64,000 nucleotides of DNA. Source: Candidatus Pacearchaeota archaeon. GTDB taxonomy: Archaea; Nanobdellota; Nanobdellia; Pacearchaeales; GW2011-AR1. Shown here in pieces: positions 1-9,209 of this stretch (its first letter is position 1; the number at the start of each line of letters is the position of its first letter). Where the stretch lies: assembly GCA_050124795.1 (NCBI GenBank), contig JASFEO010000003.1:15622-79621 (forward strand). Direction: 5' to 3'. The notes below the pieces were generated by a model. It searched no databases and was not told where the DNA came from. It was given only the letters and a program-made list of their open reading frames with translations. A program made the position numbers and the translations under genes.

Positions 1-1
1 A

Positions 2-547
2 ATGAGAGAATATTTAGAAAAAGTATATGAGAAGAAAAAAAGAATTTCTGTTTCAGAATTATTATATGAAATTGGGCTAATGTTAAAAGATGAAAATTCA
101 ATTCTTTATCAGGCTGCGAAAAACAACATTCCGATTTATTGCCCTGGAATTGCTGACTCAAGTTTTGGTTTTCAGTTATTTATGTTTCAGCAAAATCACA
201 GTGACTTTGTCGTCGATACAATTCTTGACATGCAGAGAGTTGTGACTGATTTAAGTTTTGATGAAAAAAAGGGTCTGATTTCTTTGGGGGGTAGCACTTC
301 AAAACATTATGCAGTTTTTTCTGCGCTTTTATCAGGGGGTTTTGATTATGCAGTTTACATGACAACTTCGCACGCATCCTCAGGAAGTTTTTCAGGCGCA
401 ACAACTCAGGAAGCAAAATCATGGGGAAAAATAAAAGATGATGCAGAAGCAGCAACAGTAAACGGGGATGTGACAATTACTTTTCCTTTAATGATGTGCA
501 GTGTTTTGGATAAGTTAAATGAGGAAGGGATTTTGGAAGATGAATAA
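2..547 (+). CDS. dys: deoxyhypusine synthase (5'-partial)
   Basis: SILYQAAKNNIPIYCPGIADSSFG, LGGSTSKH and GSFSGA..EAKSWGK motifs. Confidence 0.92.
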   Translation: MREYLEKVYEKKKRISVSELLYEIGLMLKDENSILYQAAKNNIPIYCPGIADSSFGFQLFMFQQNHSDFVVDTILDMQRVVTDLSFDEKKGLISLGGSTSKHYAVFSALLSGGFDYAVYMTTSHASSGSFSGATTQEAKSWGKIKDDAEAATVNGDVTITFPLMMCSVLDKLNEEGILEDE

Positions 548-1130
548 AGGAATTATAATTACTTGCCCAGGAAAAGGAATCTACCAGGGACTGTCTGAAA
601 GAAAAATTGCAGAGGTTTATACTAAAATGGCGTCAGATGATTTTGATAAGTTTGTTGGGTTCAGCGAGTCTTATGCAAATTCAGAAGCAACAGAAAATCC
701 GGATTTGGAAAGAGAAATACATGAAAAAGAAGGGAGAAAAATAATTTTAGGAACTTTTGCAAGACAGCCTTTGTTAAATGTCGGGGATGTTGATGCAAGA
801 GGTTTTATTTCTTCAAGTTATATTTTTAACCCATCTTATAATTCCAAAAATTTATGGCTGCCTGATTTAGAAGTTGTTTCGTTTAGAGGAGAAAATAAAA
901 ATAAATTAAGAGATATTCTTTATAATATGGTGGAATTTTATTCTGGATACAATTGGAATACAATTATTTGTAATGATTTTAAAAATAAAGAAAAATTTGG
1001 ATTTCAGATTCAGAATAAAAATAGAGGATTTGCCCACGCCAGAGCTCCAAAGTTAGAAGCTATTGCAAAGAGAGCAGAGAGTATAGGATATGATTTAGAA
1101 AAACTTTTTTTTACTCAAGATAAATCTTAA
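540..1130 (+). CDS. hypothetical protein between dys and the decarboxylase
   Basis: Open frame; ATG at 540 overlaps the dys 3' end; no recognisable motif. Confidence 0.6.
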   Translation: MNKGIIITCPGKGIYQGLSERKIAEVYTKMASDDFDKFVGFSESYANSEATENPDLEREIHEKEGRKIILGTFARQPLLNVGDVDARGFISSSYIFNPSYNSKNLWLPDLEVVSFRGENKNKLRDILYNMVEFYSGYNWNTIICNDFKNKEKFGFQIQNKNRGFAHARAPKLEAIAKRAESIGYDLEKLFFTQDKS

Positions 1131-1131
1131 A

Positions 1132-2175
1132 ATGACACAACCTAAATTCATCCTATCAAAAAGTAAATTAATTTCTCAAGTAAAAAAATTAAAAGATTTA
1201 GATTTAGAAATTTCTTATTCATATAAAACAAATAAAGAGGTTGGAAAAGTTTTGCAGGATTTAAGTGATGTGGATTTTTCAATTCATGCTAGAGAAGAGT
1301 TTGAGGATATTAAGGATAAGAAAAAGATTTGGTTTTTTACTCAGGCCCAAAGTAGAATTGAGTTTTCTGAGATTTTAGATATTGGGATTAAAAATTTTGT
1401 AATTGATAATGAAATTGATTTGGAAAACTTATTAAAAGTTTGTGAGGAGAAGAGAGTTAAAATTAATCTTTCTTTAAGAATGAAATTTCGTGAACATAGA
1501 ATTGGAACAGGTAAATATTTTGTTTATGGAATGAATTCAAAAAGAGTAAATGAAATAATTTTAAGAATTAAGGATAATAAATTTATTGAAAAACTTGGAG
1601 TTCACATTCACAGAAAAAGCCAGAATACAAGTGAATGGGAAATTAAAAGGGAGATAATTGATTCTTTAAATAAAGAAAGTTTAGAAGAAATTGATTTTTT
1701 AAATTTAGGCGGGGGCCTTCCAACTAAATATAAAAGTTATAATTTAAAGGCAATGGATTATATATTTGAAAAAATAAAAGAAACAAGAGATTTTTTAAAA
1801 GAAAATAATATTGAAACTTTTATTGAGCCTGGAAGATTTTTTGCCTCTCCCTCAATAAAACTTGTTACAGAAATTATTCAGATTCAGGAAAAAAATATTA
1901 TAATTAATACAACAATTTATAATTGTGCTCTTGATACACTTTTGACTGGAACTAAGATGCTTGTTGAAGGAGAATTAGAGGATAATAAAGAGGGAGAATA
2001 TTTTTTAATTAAAGGAAATTCTCCGACAAGAGATGATATATTTCGTTATAAGGTTAGGTTAAAGAATCCTAAGATTGGAGATAAAATTATTTTTTTAAAT
2101 GCAGGAGCATATAATTATACAACTGATTTTTTTGGGTATAGGAAAATAAAAATTTTCCTTCAAGAAAGTTTTTAG
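1132..2175 (+). CDS. PLP-dependent group IV decarboxylase (ornithine/arginine/diaminopimelate family)
   Basis: YSYKTN (PLP lysine), LNLGGG, IEPGR and NAGAY motifs; next to dys, a polyamine context. Confidence 0.85.
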   Translation: MTQPKFILSKSKLISQVKKLKDLDLEISYSYKTNKEVGKVLQDLSDVDFSIHAREEFEDIKDKKKIWFFTQAQSRIEFSEILDIGIKNFVIDNEIDLENLLKVCEEKRVKINLSLRMKFREHRIGTGKYFVYGMNSKRVNEIILRIKDNKFIEKLGVHIHRKSQNTSEWEIKREIIDSLNKESLEEIDFLNLGGGLPTKYKSYNLKAMDYIFEKIKETRDFLKENNIETFIEPGRFFASPSIKLVTEIIQIQEKNIIINTTIYNCALDTLLTGTKMLVEGELEDNKEGEYFLIKGNSPTRDDIFRYKVRLKNPKIGDKIIFLNAGAYNYTTDFFGYRKIKIFLQESF

Positions 2176-2214
2176 GGATGTGCGGAATAATTAAAAAACT
2201 CCTTCAGAATCATA

Positions 2215-2988
2215 TTATCTCGCAAGCGCCTTCCTTTGAGGAGCAGTTTTGCCTTTTGCTTTGCCTCCGCTCTCGTGCTTCATTTGTTTCGCAGCCTGCT
2301 TTTCAATTTTCTTTCCCTCTTCTTTAACTGCCTTCTTTTTTTCCTCAGCTTCTTTTGCTTCTTCACGAGTTTCCTTTTTTTCAGTTTTAGCTTCTTTTGC
2401 TTTTTGCATTAAACCTTTTTTCTTTCCTGCAGATTCAACTGCTTTTTGCTCACGCTTTAATTCTCTTCCTCTTCTTAAACTAATTTTCTTTGGAACATCA
2501 ACAAGTTCAACACGAACAACTTCACCGTCCATAAAAGCTTTCACCTTAACTTTATGCGGGGGATTCTTAATTCCTCTGTGCCAAATAAATTCATTAATTG
2601 ATTTTTCAAGTTTGATTTTTTTCAGGTCTTTATCATAAATTTTCATATGGCGAACTAAAAATTCTTTTATTGTCTTGATTGCTTTAGGTGATTTTTTATA
2701 TCGTGGAGCAGGACGAACTTTATCACGAATTGGAATTGTAAATTCCTTATATTCTTTAGGAGTCTCGGTTGCTTTTTTAATTTTGTCTGTAGAAATTTTT
2801 TCTTTAATCTCTTTTTCAACTTCTTTTAACTTTTCTTTAGTTTCTTTTTTCTCTTCAACTTTTTCTTCAACTTTTGGTTCTTTGATTTCCTTATTTTCTT
2901 TTGGAGTTTCAACTTCTTTTCTTTCTATTTCTTTTTCCATTTTCTTTTCTTCTTTTTTTTGATTAGTCATTTGTTTTTCTTGCGGCAT
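2215..2988 (-). CDS. rpl31e: 50S ribosomal protein L31e with long Lys/Glu-rich N- and C-terminal extensions
   Basis: FTIPIR..APRYKKSPKAIKTIKEFLVRHMK..INEFIWHRGIKNPPHKVKVK core. Confidence 0.93.
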   Translation of the reverse strand: MPQEKQMTNQKKEEKKMEKEIERKEVETPKENKEIKEPKVEEKVEEKKETKEKLKEVEKEIKEKISTDKIKKATETPKEYKEFTIPIRDKVRPAPRYKKSPKAIKTIKEFLVRHMKIYDKDLKKIKLEKSINEFIWHRGIKNPPHKVKVKAFMDGEVVRVELVDVPKKISLRRGRELKREQKAVESAGKKKGLMQKAKEAKTEKKETREEAKEAEEKKKAVKEEGKKIEKQAAKQMKHESGGKAKGKTAPQRKALAR

Positions 2989-2995
2989 ATTCTAA

Positions 2996-3199
2996 TTATC
3001 CAAAGTGTGATTTTTTTTGCTTGCGCGGTTTCACATGCAATTTAGTTCTTTTCCATGAACGCCTGTGTTTTGTCATGCTCGACGGATGAATTCTTTTCCC
3101 CATTCCATATTTTTTCAAAACAGCCCAAACCGGCGCCCACTTAGTTTGCCTTGCTTTTTTTGCAAGAGTTGCTTTTTTTTGTTGATTTTTAATTCCCAT
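2996..3199 (-). CDS. rpl39e: 50S ribosomal protein L39e
   Basis: LAKKARQTKWAPVW..HRRSWKRTKL; upstream of rpl31e. Confidence 0.9.
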   Translation of the reverse strand: MGIKNQQKKATLAKKARQTKWAPVWAVLKKYGMGKRIHPSSMTKHRRSWKRTKLHVKPRKQKKSHFG

Positions 3200-3548
3200 T
3201 TGAATCTCCTAAAAGATCATTTAATTGTGAATATGCATCGCTCAGAACAAAGGGATCCCCTGAAACAAGTACTGCAAGTAAATTATCTTTTTCAGAATCA
3301 TAACCCCCCCAAATATCTTTCACCCCCTCTTCAAATACCCCAAGAATCGCAGCACCCTCATCTGATCCTCGCTTATGAAAGGTAATTCCCTTGGGATGCA
3401 ATTTATAATGATGTGCCCCCCTATACTTATGGATATAATGAATCTTAGTAGGTTCTTTAAGGTTAGATGATTCTCTATTTAATTTATTTAAATCTTTCTG
3501 GGTTAACCTAAGAATCATTTCATTTTTTTCCTCAGTTTTAATTCTCAT
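3189..3548 (-). CDS. hypothetical protein, paralogue of 3545..3874
   Basis: Shares RLTQxDLxKL and SGD..L..AYSQL with its neighbour. Confidence 0.75.
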   Translation of the reverse strand: MRIKTEEKNEMILRLTQKDLNKLNRESSNLKEPTKIHYIHKYRGAHHYKLHPKGITFHKRGSDEGAAILGVFEEGVKDIWGGYDSEKDNLLAVLVSGDPFVLSDAYSQLNDLLGDSNGN

Positions 3549-3564
3549 TTTACTTCCTCCAAAA
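3542..3564. repeat. 23-bp direct repeat, copy 1 (TTTTGGAGGAAGTAAAATGAGAA on the minus strand)
   Basis: Identical to 3868..3890. Confidence 0.95.
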
Positions 3565-3874
3565 TACTTTTTAACTGTGAATATGCATTTTGTAAAAGAG
3601 ACTTGTCTCCTGAAGAAAGTATAGCTATCTGATTATTGTATTCAGAATAATCCTCATCTCTATGTGGGTTCCCACAACCAATCCCCCAAATTTCTAATCC
3701 TACTTTTTTATTTCCTAAAAACAAATTATAATAATCCTTATTTCTATAAAGATTGAGATATTGAATTGATACCTTTCCTTCTGAACTTTCAGGAGTTAAC
3801 CCAACTAATTTTTCCAAATCATTCTGGGTTAATCTAAATTTTATTTCACTCTTCTGAATATTTTCAGTTCTCAT
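3545..3874 (-). CDS. hypothetical protein, paralogue of 3189..3548
   Basis: ATGA overlaps at both ends; shared motifs with its neighbour. Confidence 0.75.
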   Translation of the reverse strand: MRTENIQKSEIKFRLTQNDLEKLVGLTPESSEGKVSIQYLNLYRNKDYYNLFLGNKKVGLEIWGIGCGNPHRDEDYSEYNNQIAILSSGDKSLLQNAYSQLKSILEEVK

Positions 3875-3890
3875 TTTACTTCCTCCAAAA
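3868..3890. repeat. 23-bp direct repeat, copy 2 (rps19e 3' end/next gene start)
   Basis: Identical to 3542..3564. Confidence 0.95.
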
Positions 3891-4338
3891 ACTTCTTGCC
3901 TTTTTCAGTTAATTGCCTTCCTGGTCTTCGGCTTCTTACATTTTTTATGTCTTTTGCAATTTCAGTAAAACCTGCTTTGTCTGCTTGCTGCAAAATTGTT
4001 CTGATTATTTTCCCGCCTGCACGCTGGAATTTTTCAGGTCTGAATCCTCGGTTTTTTCGGCTTCCGTATTTTGTTCTAAGTCTGTTAACTCCGACAATTT
4101 TCTTTTTGTAAATTTGCCTTAAAATACTTGCAGCTCTCTTGTGCCAAAAGTCAGGGTCATCAATTGGCCTTTCTTTCGACGGAGAAGATTTAACAAACTT
4201 TGCCCATTCAGGTTCCTCAAACTCTGGCAATTTCTTCAAAGCATCAGCTAATTTTAAATTATATTCCTGTGCAGGTAAATCAAATACACTAATCATCTTA
4301 GACATTCCTTTCGGAATTAGATTGAAAACTTGTTTCAT
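3871..4338 (-). CDS. rps19e: 30S ribosomal protein S19e
   Basis: PEWAKFVKS..ERP..DFWHKRAASILRQIY..VGVNRLRTKYG. Confidence 0.95.
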   Translation of the reverse strand: MKQVFNLIPKGMSKMISVFDLPAQEYNLKLADALKKLPEFEEPEWAKFVKSSPSKERPIDDPDFWHKRAASILRQIYKKKIVGVNRLRTKYGSRKNRGFRPEKFQRAGGKIIRTILQQADKAGFTEIAKDIKNVRSRRPGRQLTEKGKKFLEEVK

Positions 4339-4448
4339 TTATCTAATAAAACAGGAAATTTATAGTTTATAAAACTTTTTACTTTGCAAAAATTTATGTA
4401 ATTTTAATAACCATAATATTTAAAAACTGTAGTAATTCTAAAATTACA

Positions 4449-4628
4449 ATGGTAAACAAACACAACCTTAAAAATTCTTTTAGGGCGATTAAGTCTGACA
4501 TCATGAAGATTGAGGGGGATATCATGAACATCAGAACTCAGCAGGCAGAGATTTTAGTTGAACTTGAAAAACTAACTGCAACAACAAAAAAGCCTGTTAA
4601 GAAAAAAACTTCTAAAAAAAAGAAATAA
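4449..4628 (+). CDS. small coiled-coil protein with Lys-rich tail (59 aa, not in ORF track)
   Basis: MVNKHNLKNSFRAIKSDIMKIEG..KKKK; TATA-like TTTAAAAA about 30 bp upstream. Confidence 0.65.
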   Translation: MVNKHNLKNSFRAIKSDIMKIEGDIMNIRTQQAEILVELEKLTATTKKPVKKKTSKKKK

Positions 4629-4712
4629 TTTTCTAAGAAAAAGTTGAAGAGAAAATTTTTAAGATTTGAAAGTTTGCAATATATTTTAAAACCCCCCTTC
4701 CTTTATTTTAGA

Positions 4713-5492
4713 ATGGCAAAACAAATTTTTGTTATAAAAATGAATGGTGATAAAGCGCCTTATGACGAGAACAAATTAAGAAATTCCATGCTTCGCGCAG
4801 GTGCAAGTGATGAGGCAATTAATCGTGTTTTAAAAAAAGCAAAAGAATTTGTTTATAATGGGATAAAGACAAAAAAACTTTTCAGATTTGTGTTTAGTGA
4901 ATTAAAAAAAGAAAAAGGTGTTGCAGGGATAAGGTATAATTTAAAAAATGCAATAATTGATTTGCACATTCGGGGAGCTGGTTATACATTTGAGAAATTT
5001 ATGAAAAGGGTTTTTGATAAAAAAGGGTATGAAACAGAAATTAACAAAACAGTTAATGGAAAATTTATTACTCATGAAATTGATATATTAGCGAGAAATA
5101 AAAATGAGACTTTGATGATTGAGGCAAAGCACCACACAAGACCATGGCTTGGAGTTGACATAAAAATCGCGCTTTATGTTTATGCAAGGTTTCTTGAAGT
5201 GAAAAAACATTTTACAAAACCTGAACTTATTACAAATACAAAATTTTCCCCGCAAGTAATTAATTATTCAAAAGGTGTTGGAATGAATTTAATGGGATGG
5301 AATTATCCTCGGGGGGATAGCTTGATTGAGAATATTGAAAAATATAAAATTTATCCAATAACAATTCTGCCAATGGAAAAAAAGAAAATTGAATATTATA
5401 TAAGAAAAGGAATCTTAACACTTGATGAATTAAAAAATGAAAAAGATTTGCCAAATGAGTTAAGAAAAAATATTAATGAAATTTTAAAATAG
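4713..5492 (+). CDS. ATP-cone domain + Mrr-like PD-(D/E)xK restriction endonuclease
   Basis: VIKMNGDKAPYDENKLRNS (ATP cone); GYTFEKF, HEIDIL and IEAKHH. Confidence 0.85.
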   Translation: MAKQIFVIKMNGDKAPYDENKLRNSMLRAGASDEAINRVLKKAKEFVYNGIKTKKLFRFVFSELKKEKGVAGIRYNLKNAIIDLHIRGAGYTFEKFMKRVFDKKGYETEINKTVNGKFITHEIDILARNKNETLMIEAKHHTRPWLGVDIKIALYVYARFLEVKKHFTKPELITNTKFSPQVINYSKGVGMNLMGWNYPRGDSLIENIEKYKIYPITILPMEKKKIEYYIRKGILTLDELKNEKDLPNELRKNINEILK

Positions 5493-5558
5493 CCGCGCCC
5501 GCCAGAAAGAAAAATTTATAACCAAATAATTTAAAAACTAAAATTTGTAGATAATTCA

Positions 5559-6065
5559 ATGGCATTTAAGATTAATATTGCAACCAAAGATGGAAAGACT
5601 TTTCATATTGAGTCAGATGCAGAAAGTTTAATGGGTAAAGAGCTTCATGATAAAGTTGAAGGTAAAGATATCTCCTCAGACCTTGAAGGTTATGAATTTG
5701 AAATTAGCGGGGCGAGTGATAAATCCGGTTTTACTGCAATGAAAAATGTCGAAGGTATTGGCTTAAAAAAAGTTCTTTTAACTTATGGCAAGGCAATGAA
5801 GACTCGGCCGAAAAAAGAAGGAAAGAAAAAACAGCTTTGCAAAAAACCAAAAGGTTTAAGACTTAGAAAAACTGTTCGCGGGAAAGTTATTAGTGAAGCT
5901 ATTATTCAGATTAATTTAAAAATTGTTAAAGAGGGAAAAAAGAAACTTTCTGAAATTTTCCAGGAGCAAAATAATAAAGGTGAGGCTGTAAAAGAAGTTA
6001 AGGCTGAAGAAAAAGTTGAAGAGAAAAAAGAAAGTGAAACACCTAAGGAAGAGAAGAAAGAATAA
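5559..6065 (+). CDS. rps6e: 30S ribosomal protein S6e
   Basis: FEISGASDKSGF..GLRLRKTVRG..IIQINLKI. Confidence 0.95.
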   Translation: MAFKINIATKDGKTFHIESDAESLMGKELHDKVEGKDISSDLEGYEFEISGASDKSGFTAMKNVEGIGLKKVLLTYGKAMKTRPKKEGKKKQLCKKPKGLRLRKTVRGKVISEAIIQINLKIVKEGKKKLSEIFQEQNNKGEAVKEVKAEEKVEEKKESETPKEEKKE

Positions 6066-6535
6066 CAAACTAATTTTTTAATCAACCGATCAATAAATTC
6101 ATCTTGTCCTGAAATTAATTTTTCTTTTGCTTTTTTAATTTCAAAATAATCTGCTTTGTCAACTTCAGGAATTTTTATTTTTTTGCCTGTAAAATTATCT
6201 TTAATTTCTATAAAATTTTGCTTCATTAAAATCCCCTTCCAGAAATTTTCTTTGTCTTCAATTGCCCAAGCAAGAATTTTTTTCCAGGATTTTTGTTTTA
6301 CTTCTCCTAAAAAAATATACCTCTCTTTTTCTTTTGGCAACTTAATTCCTGTTTCTTCATTAACTTCTTTTATCGCCCTTGACAAATCATTTTCTCCGTC
6401 GTTAATTTCTCCCTTGGGGATGCTCCAAACACCAAGATCTTTATTTTTCCAAAATGGTCCGCCCGGATGAACAATAAAAACTTTTAATTTATTCTCAACA
6501 AATTTATACATTAAAATTCCTGCTGATTTTTTCAT
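5906..6535 (-). CDS. NUDIX hydrolase; the frame runs on into the antisense of rps6e
   Basis: SAGILMY..VHPGGPFW..WSIPKGE..RAIKEVNEETG..PEVDKA. Confidence 0.85.
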   Translation of the reverse strand: MKKSAGILMYKFVENKLKVFIVHPGGPFWKNKDLGVWSIPKGEINDGENDLSRAIKEVNEETGIKLPKEKERYIFLGEVKQKSWKKILAWAIEDKENFWKGILMKQNFIEIKDNFTGKKIKIPEVDKADYFEIKKAKEKLISGQDEFIDRLIKKLVCYSFFSSLGVSLSFFSSTFSSALTSFTASPLLFCSWKISESFFFPSLTIFKLI

Positions 6536-6620
6536 AAATTCATAAGTAATTAAAGGTTATAAAATTATTTGATATAACTCGCAATTCTTCTTAGTCTTCT
6601 GTAATTTGTTTCTCCTTCAA

Positions 6621-6839
6621 TTACTTTTTTATCAAGAAAATTGTTTCCTTTTTTCCAGACCATTTAAAACCCTCTGCAAAAACGAATTCCCGGAAATTGA
6701 ATTCCCCATCTCTAATTTTTTTAGTCAATTGATTTGTTGTTTCTCCATTTGCTATATCAATAAAAACTTTTTCAGGATTGACAAGTTCAATTTCCTGAGG
6801 AAAAATTCTTCTATAAAGTTTTTTTAAATATTCATACAT
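6621..6839 (-). CDS. hypothetical protein
   Basis: 72-aa ORF with an upstream TATA-like element. Confidence 0.5.
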   Translation of the reverse strand: MYEYLKKLYRRIFPQEIELVNPEKVFIDIANGETTNQLTKKIRDGEFNFREFVFAEGFKWSGKKETIFLIKK

Positions 6840-7052
6840 AATTAATCAAATAAAAGTAGGTTTATAAAAATTTATATAAAACATTACAAATCTTCTAAAA
6901 GTTCCCGGAGTCTTTCATAAGTTATTATTCCTTGTTCGACATTTGCTTTAATATACTAATCATCACAATTTAACTTATAATGAATTTTTATAGCTAATTC
7001 TTCACTATTGGGCTTTTTTACTTTGTCATAATTTTCAGGAAATTTGGAATTA

Positions 7053-7577
7053 TCAATTGATTTCATTTTCAAGATTAATGATTTTTCTAGGAACTTTAAA
7101 TAATCTTTGTATTTTGCTGAAAATTATATTGGGATGGTTTGGGGTGAGGGTTTTATTGTATAAATTTAACATAAGCACAACATCTTCTTCTGCAGCATGA
7201 TTTGCAAATATGAGGTGAGGAAAATTACTATAATCTGAATAATGAAATATATAAGGATCATTTCTTGCTTTTGGAACTAAACTTAAATGCTGAAAAAGGG
7301 CATATTGAAAATTAGAGTGATTTGATCTGGTCGATTTAAAACTTATTTTGCAGAACCATTTTTTTTCACTGAATTTAATTCCATTATTAAACTCTTTGAC
7401 AATAGGACACAATGAAAACTTTAATGCATCTAATTGAGAATTCATATACAATTCTTTATAAGAATTATGATTAAACTCATCCTTGCCCCATTCTGGCTTA
7501 TAGAAAAATTCAGCTTTTTTTATTGCCATATTTTTCATTATAAAAAACATTTTTAAAATTATTGTTTTGGAATTCAA
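7053..7577 (-). CDS. hypothetical protein
   Basis: 174-aa ORF, no motif. Confidence 0.55.
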   Translation of the reverse strand: MNSKTIILKMFFIMKNMAIKKAEFFYKPEWGKDEFNHNSYKELYMNSQLDALKFSLCPIVKEFNNGIKFSEKKWFCKISFKSTRSNHSNFQYALFQHLSLVPKARNDPYIFHYSDYSNFPHLIFANHAAEEDVVLMLNLYNKTLTPNHPNIIFSKIQRLFKVPRKIINLENEIN

Positions 7578-7795
7578 TAATCAAAAGGATTTCCCCCGCC
7601 AAACAATATCTCAGGAGTTTTGTCATTTATGATTTCTTTTGGGACTCCATATTTTTTATTATACAATGTATCAACTGAACAAAACAGAGCATCATTATAA
7701 TCAAGTCCCAATTTTTCTGCCCCGATTTCTTTTAATTTTTTTCTAATTTCGTCTTTATCTATATTTGTAAATGTCGCTTCATATTCAATTTCCAT
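7574..7795 (-). pseudogene. CYTH (class IV adenylate cyclase-like) gene with in-frame internal deletion
   Basis: N-terminal MEIEYEATF..IRKKLKEIGA joined directly to C-terminal LGLDYNDALF; only 73 aa. Confidence 0.65.
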
Positions 7796-7845
7796 AAAAA
7801 GATTATCTTAATAACTTTTAAAAAGTCTTTGTTCAATCTATTTTT

Positions 7846-9048
7846 ATGAAACAAATACCAGAACTAAATATTGGAGTTGTAGGGCATATTGATCATGGAA
7901 AGACAACTTTACTTGGAAGGCTGACTGGAAAATTTACTGACACGCATTCTGAAGAATTAAAACGTGGGATAACAATAAAACTTGGTTATGCAGATATTTT
8001 AATTTCAAAAAATAAAGATAATTTTACAACTGAAAAGAAAGGTGAACCAGTTCGATATATTAGTTTTATCGACGCGCCGGGTCATGAGATGTTAATGGCA
8101 ACAATGCTTTCAGGAGCCGCGATTATTGACGGAGCAATTTTAGTTGTTGCTGCAAATGAGGGAATCAAGCCCCAGACAAAAGAGCACTTCATGGCTTTGC
8201 AGGCAAAAAAAATCAAGAATATAATTATTGTTCAAAATAAAATTGATTTAGTTACAAAAGAAGAGGCTTTGGAAAATTATAAAAAAATTAAGGAGTTTGT
8301 AAGGGGGAGCGCGGCAGAGAATTCTCCTGTTATCCCGATTTCTGCTCAGCAAGGAATTAATATTGACAAACTTTTAGAAGAATTAACTAAATTTGAAATT
8401 CCCAAAAAAGATGTTGATGCAGAACCGGTTTTTTTAGTTGCAAGGAGTTTTGATATAAATAAGCCCGGGGGGGAGATTGAAAAATTAAACGGGGGTGTTC
8501 TTGGGGGGATTTTAAAAAAAGGAAAATTAAAAGTAGGTGAGAAAATAGAAATTAAGCCGGGGTTAAGTTCTAAAAAAAATAATCAATTAACTTATGAAAC
8601 TCTTTACACGAAAATTTTGTCTTTGCATAAGGGAAATAAAAATGTGAAGGAGGTCCTGCCGGGGGCGAGCATTTCAATTGAAACAGAACTTGACTCGTAT
8701 TTAACAAAAACAGATTCTCTGACTGGCTGCATTGTTGGAAAAAAAGAAACATTGCCCGAGGCGACAAATAAAGTAAAATTAAAAACAGAACTTTTCAAGG
8801 AGGCGCTTGGAACAGGGGAAGAAAAAAAGATTGAAGAAATTAAAACAAAGGAAATGCTCATGCTTAGTGTTAACACAACAATTACCGTCGGAACAGTTGA
8901 AAAAATCAAAGACGATATTGTTGAACTTTATTTAAACATCCCAATTGTTGCTTTAGAAAAGGACAATGTAGGAATTGCGCGAAATATAAATGGTCACTGG
9001 AGATTAATCGGCTGGGGCGAAGTGGTTGGGGAGCGGGCAATTAGATAA
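7846..9048 (+). CDS. eif2g: translation initiation factor aIF2 gamma
   Basis: GHIDHGKTT, HSEELKRGITIKLGY, DAPGHE, QNKID, RSFDINKPG, WRLIGWG. Confidence 0.97.
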   Translation: MKQIPELNIGVVGHIDHGKTTLLGRLTGKFTDTHSEELKRGITIKLGYADILISKNKDNFTTEKKGEPVRYISFIDAPGHEMLMATMLSGAAIIDGAILVVAANEGIKPQTKEHFMALQAKKIKNIIIVQNKIDLVTKEEALENYKKIKEFVRGSAAENSPVIPISAQQGINIDKLLEELTKFEIPKKDVDAEPVFLVARSFDINKPGGEIEKLNGGVLGGILKKGKLKVGEKIEIKPGLSSKKNNQLTYETLYTKILSLHKGNKNVKEVLPGASISIETELDSYLTKTDSLTGCIVGKKETLPEATNKVKLKTELFKEALGTGEEKKIEEIKTKEMLMLSVNTTITVGTVEKIKDDIVELYLNIPIVALEKDNVGIARNINGHWRLIGWGEVVGERAIR

Positions 9049-9209
9049 ATTAAGGGAAATTTCTCATCCAAAAAATTTATAAATGATTTAATTTTAAAAA
9101 ATCTGTAAGACAAGAGAAACTAAATTAAAGATTATTAAATTCTCTATTTTGAAAATAGCAAATGACAATAAAAAAATTAAATTTGAAAAACTTAGTGAAG
9201 GTAATTTAA

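Noticed and set aside
2249-2962. Phe/Ser-rich plus-strand ORFs (also those antisense to rrp4, rpoK, rps2, 42271..42849 and others)
   Set aside because: Shadow frames of Lys/Glu-rich genes on the opposite strand.
5906-6065. 160-bp antisense overlap of NUDIX and rps6e as a dual-coding region
   Set aside because: The overlapping tail is simply the Phe/Ser-rich antisense of the rps6e tail; most likely a lost stop codon.
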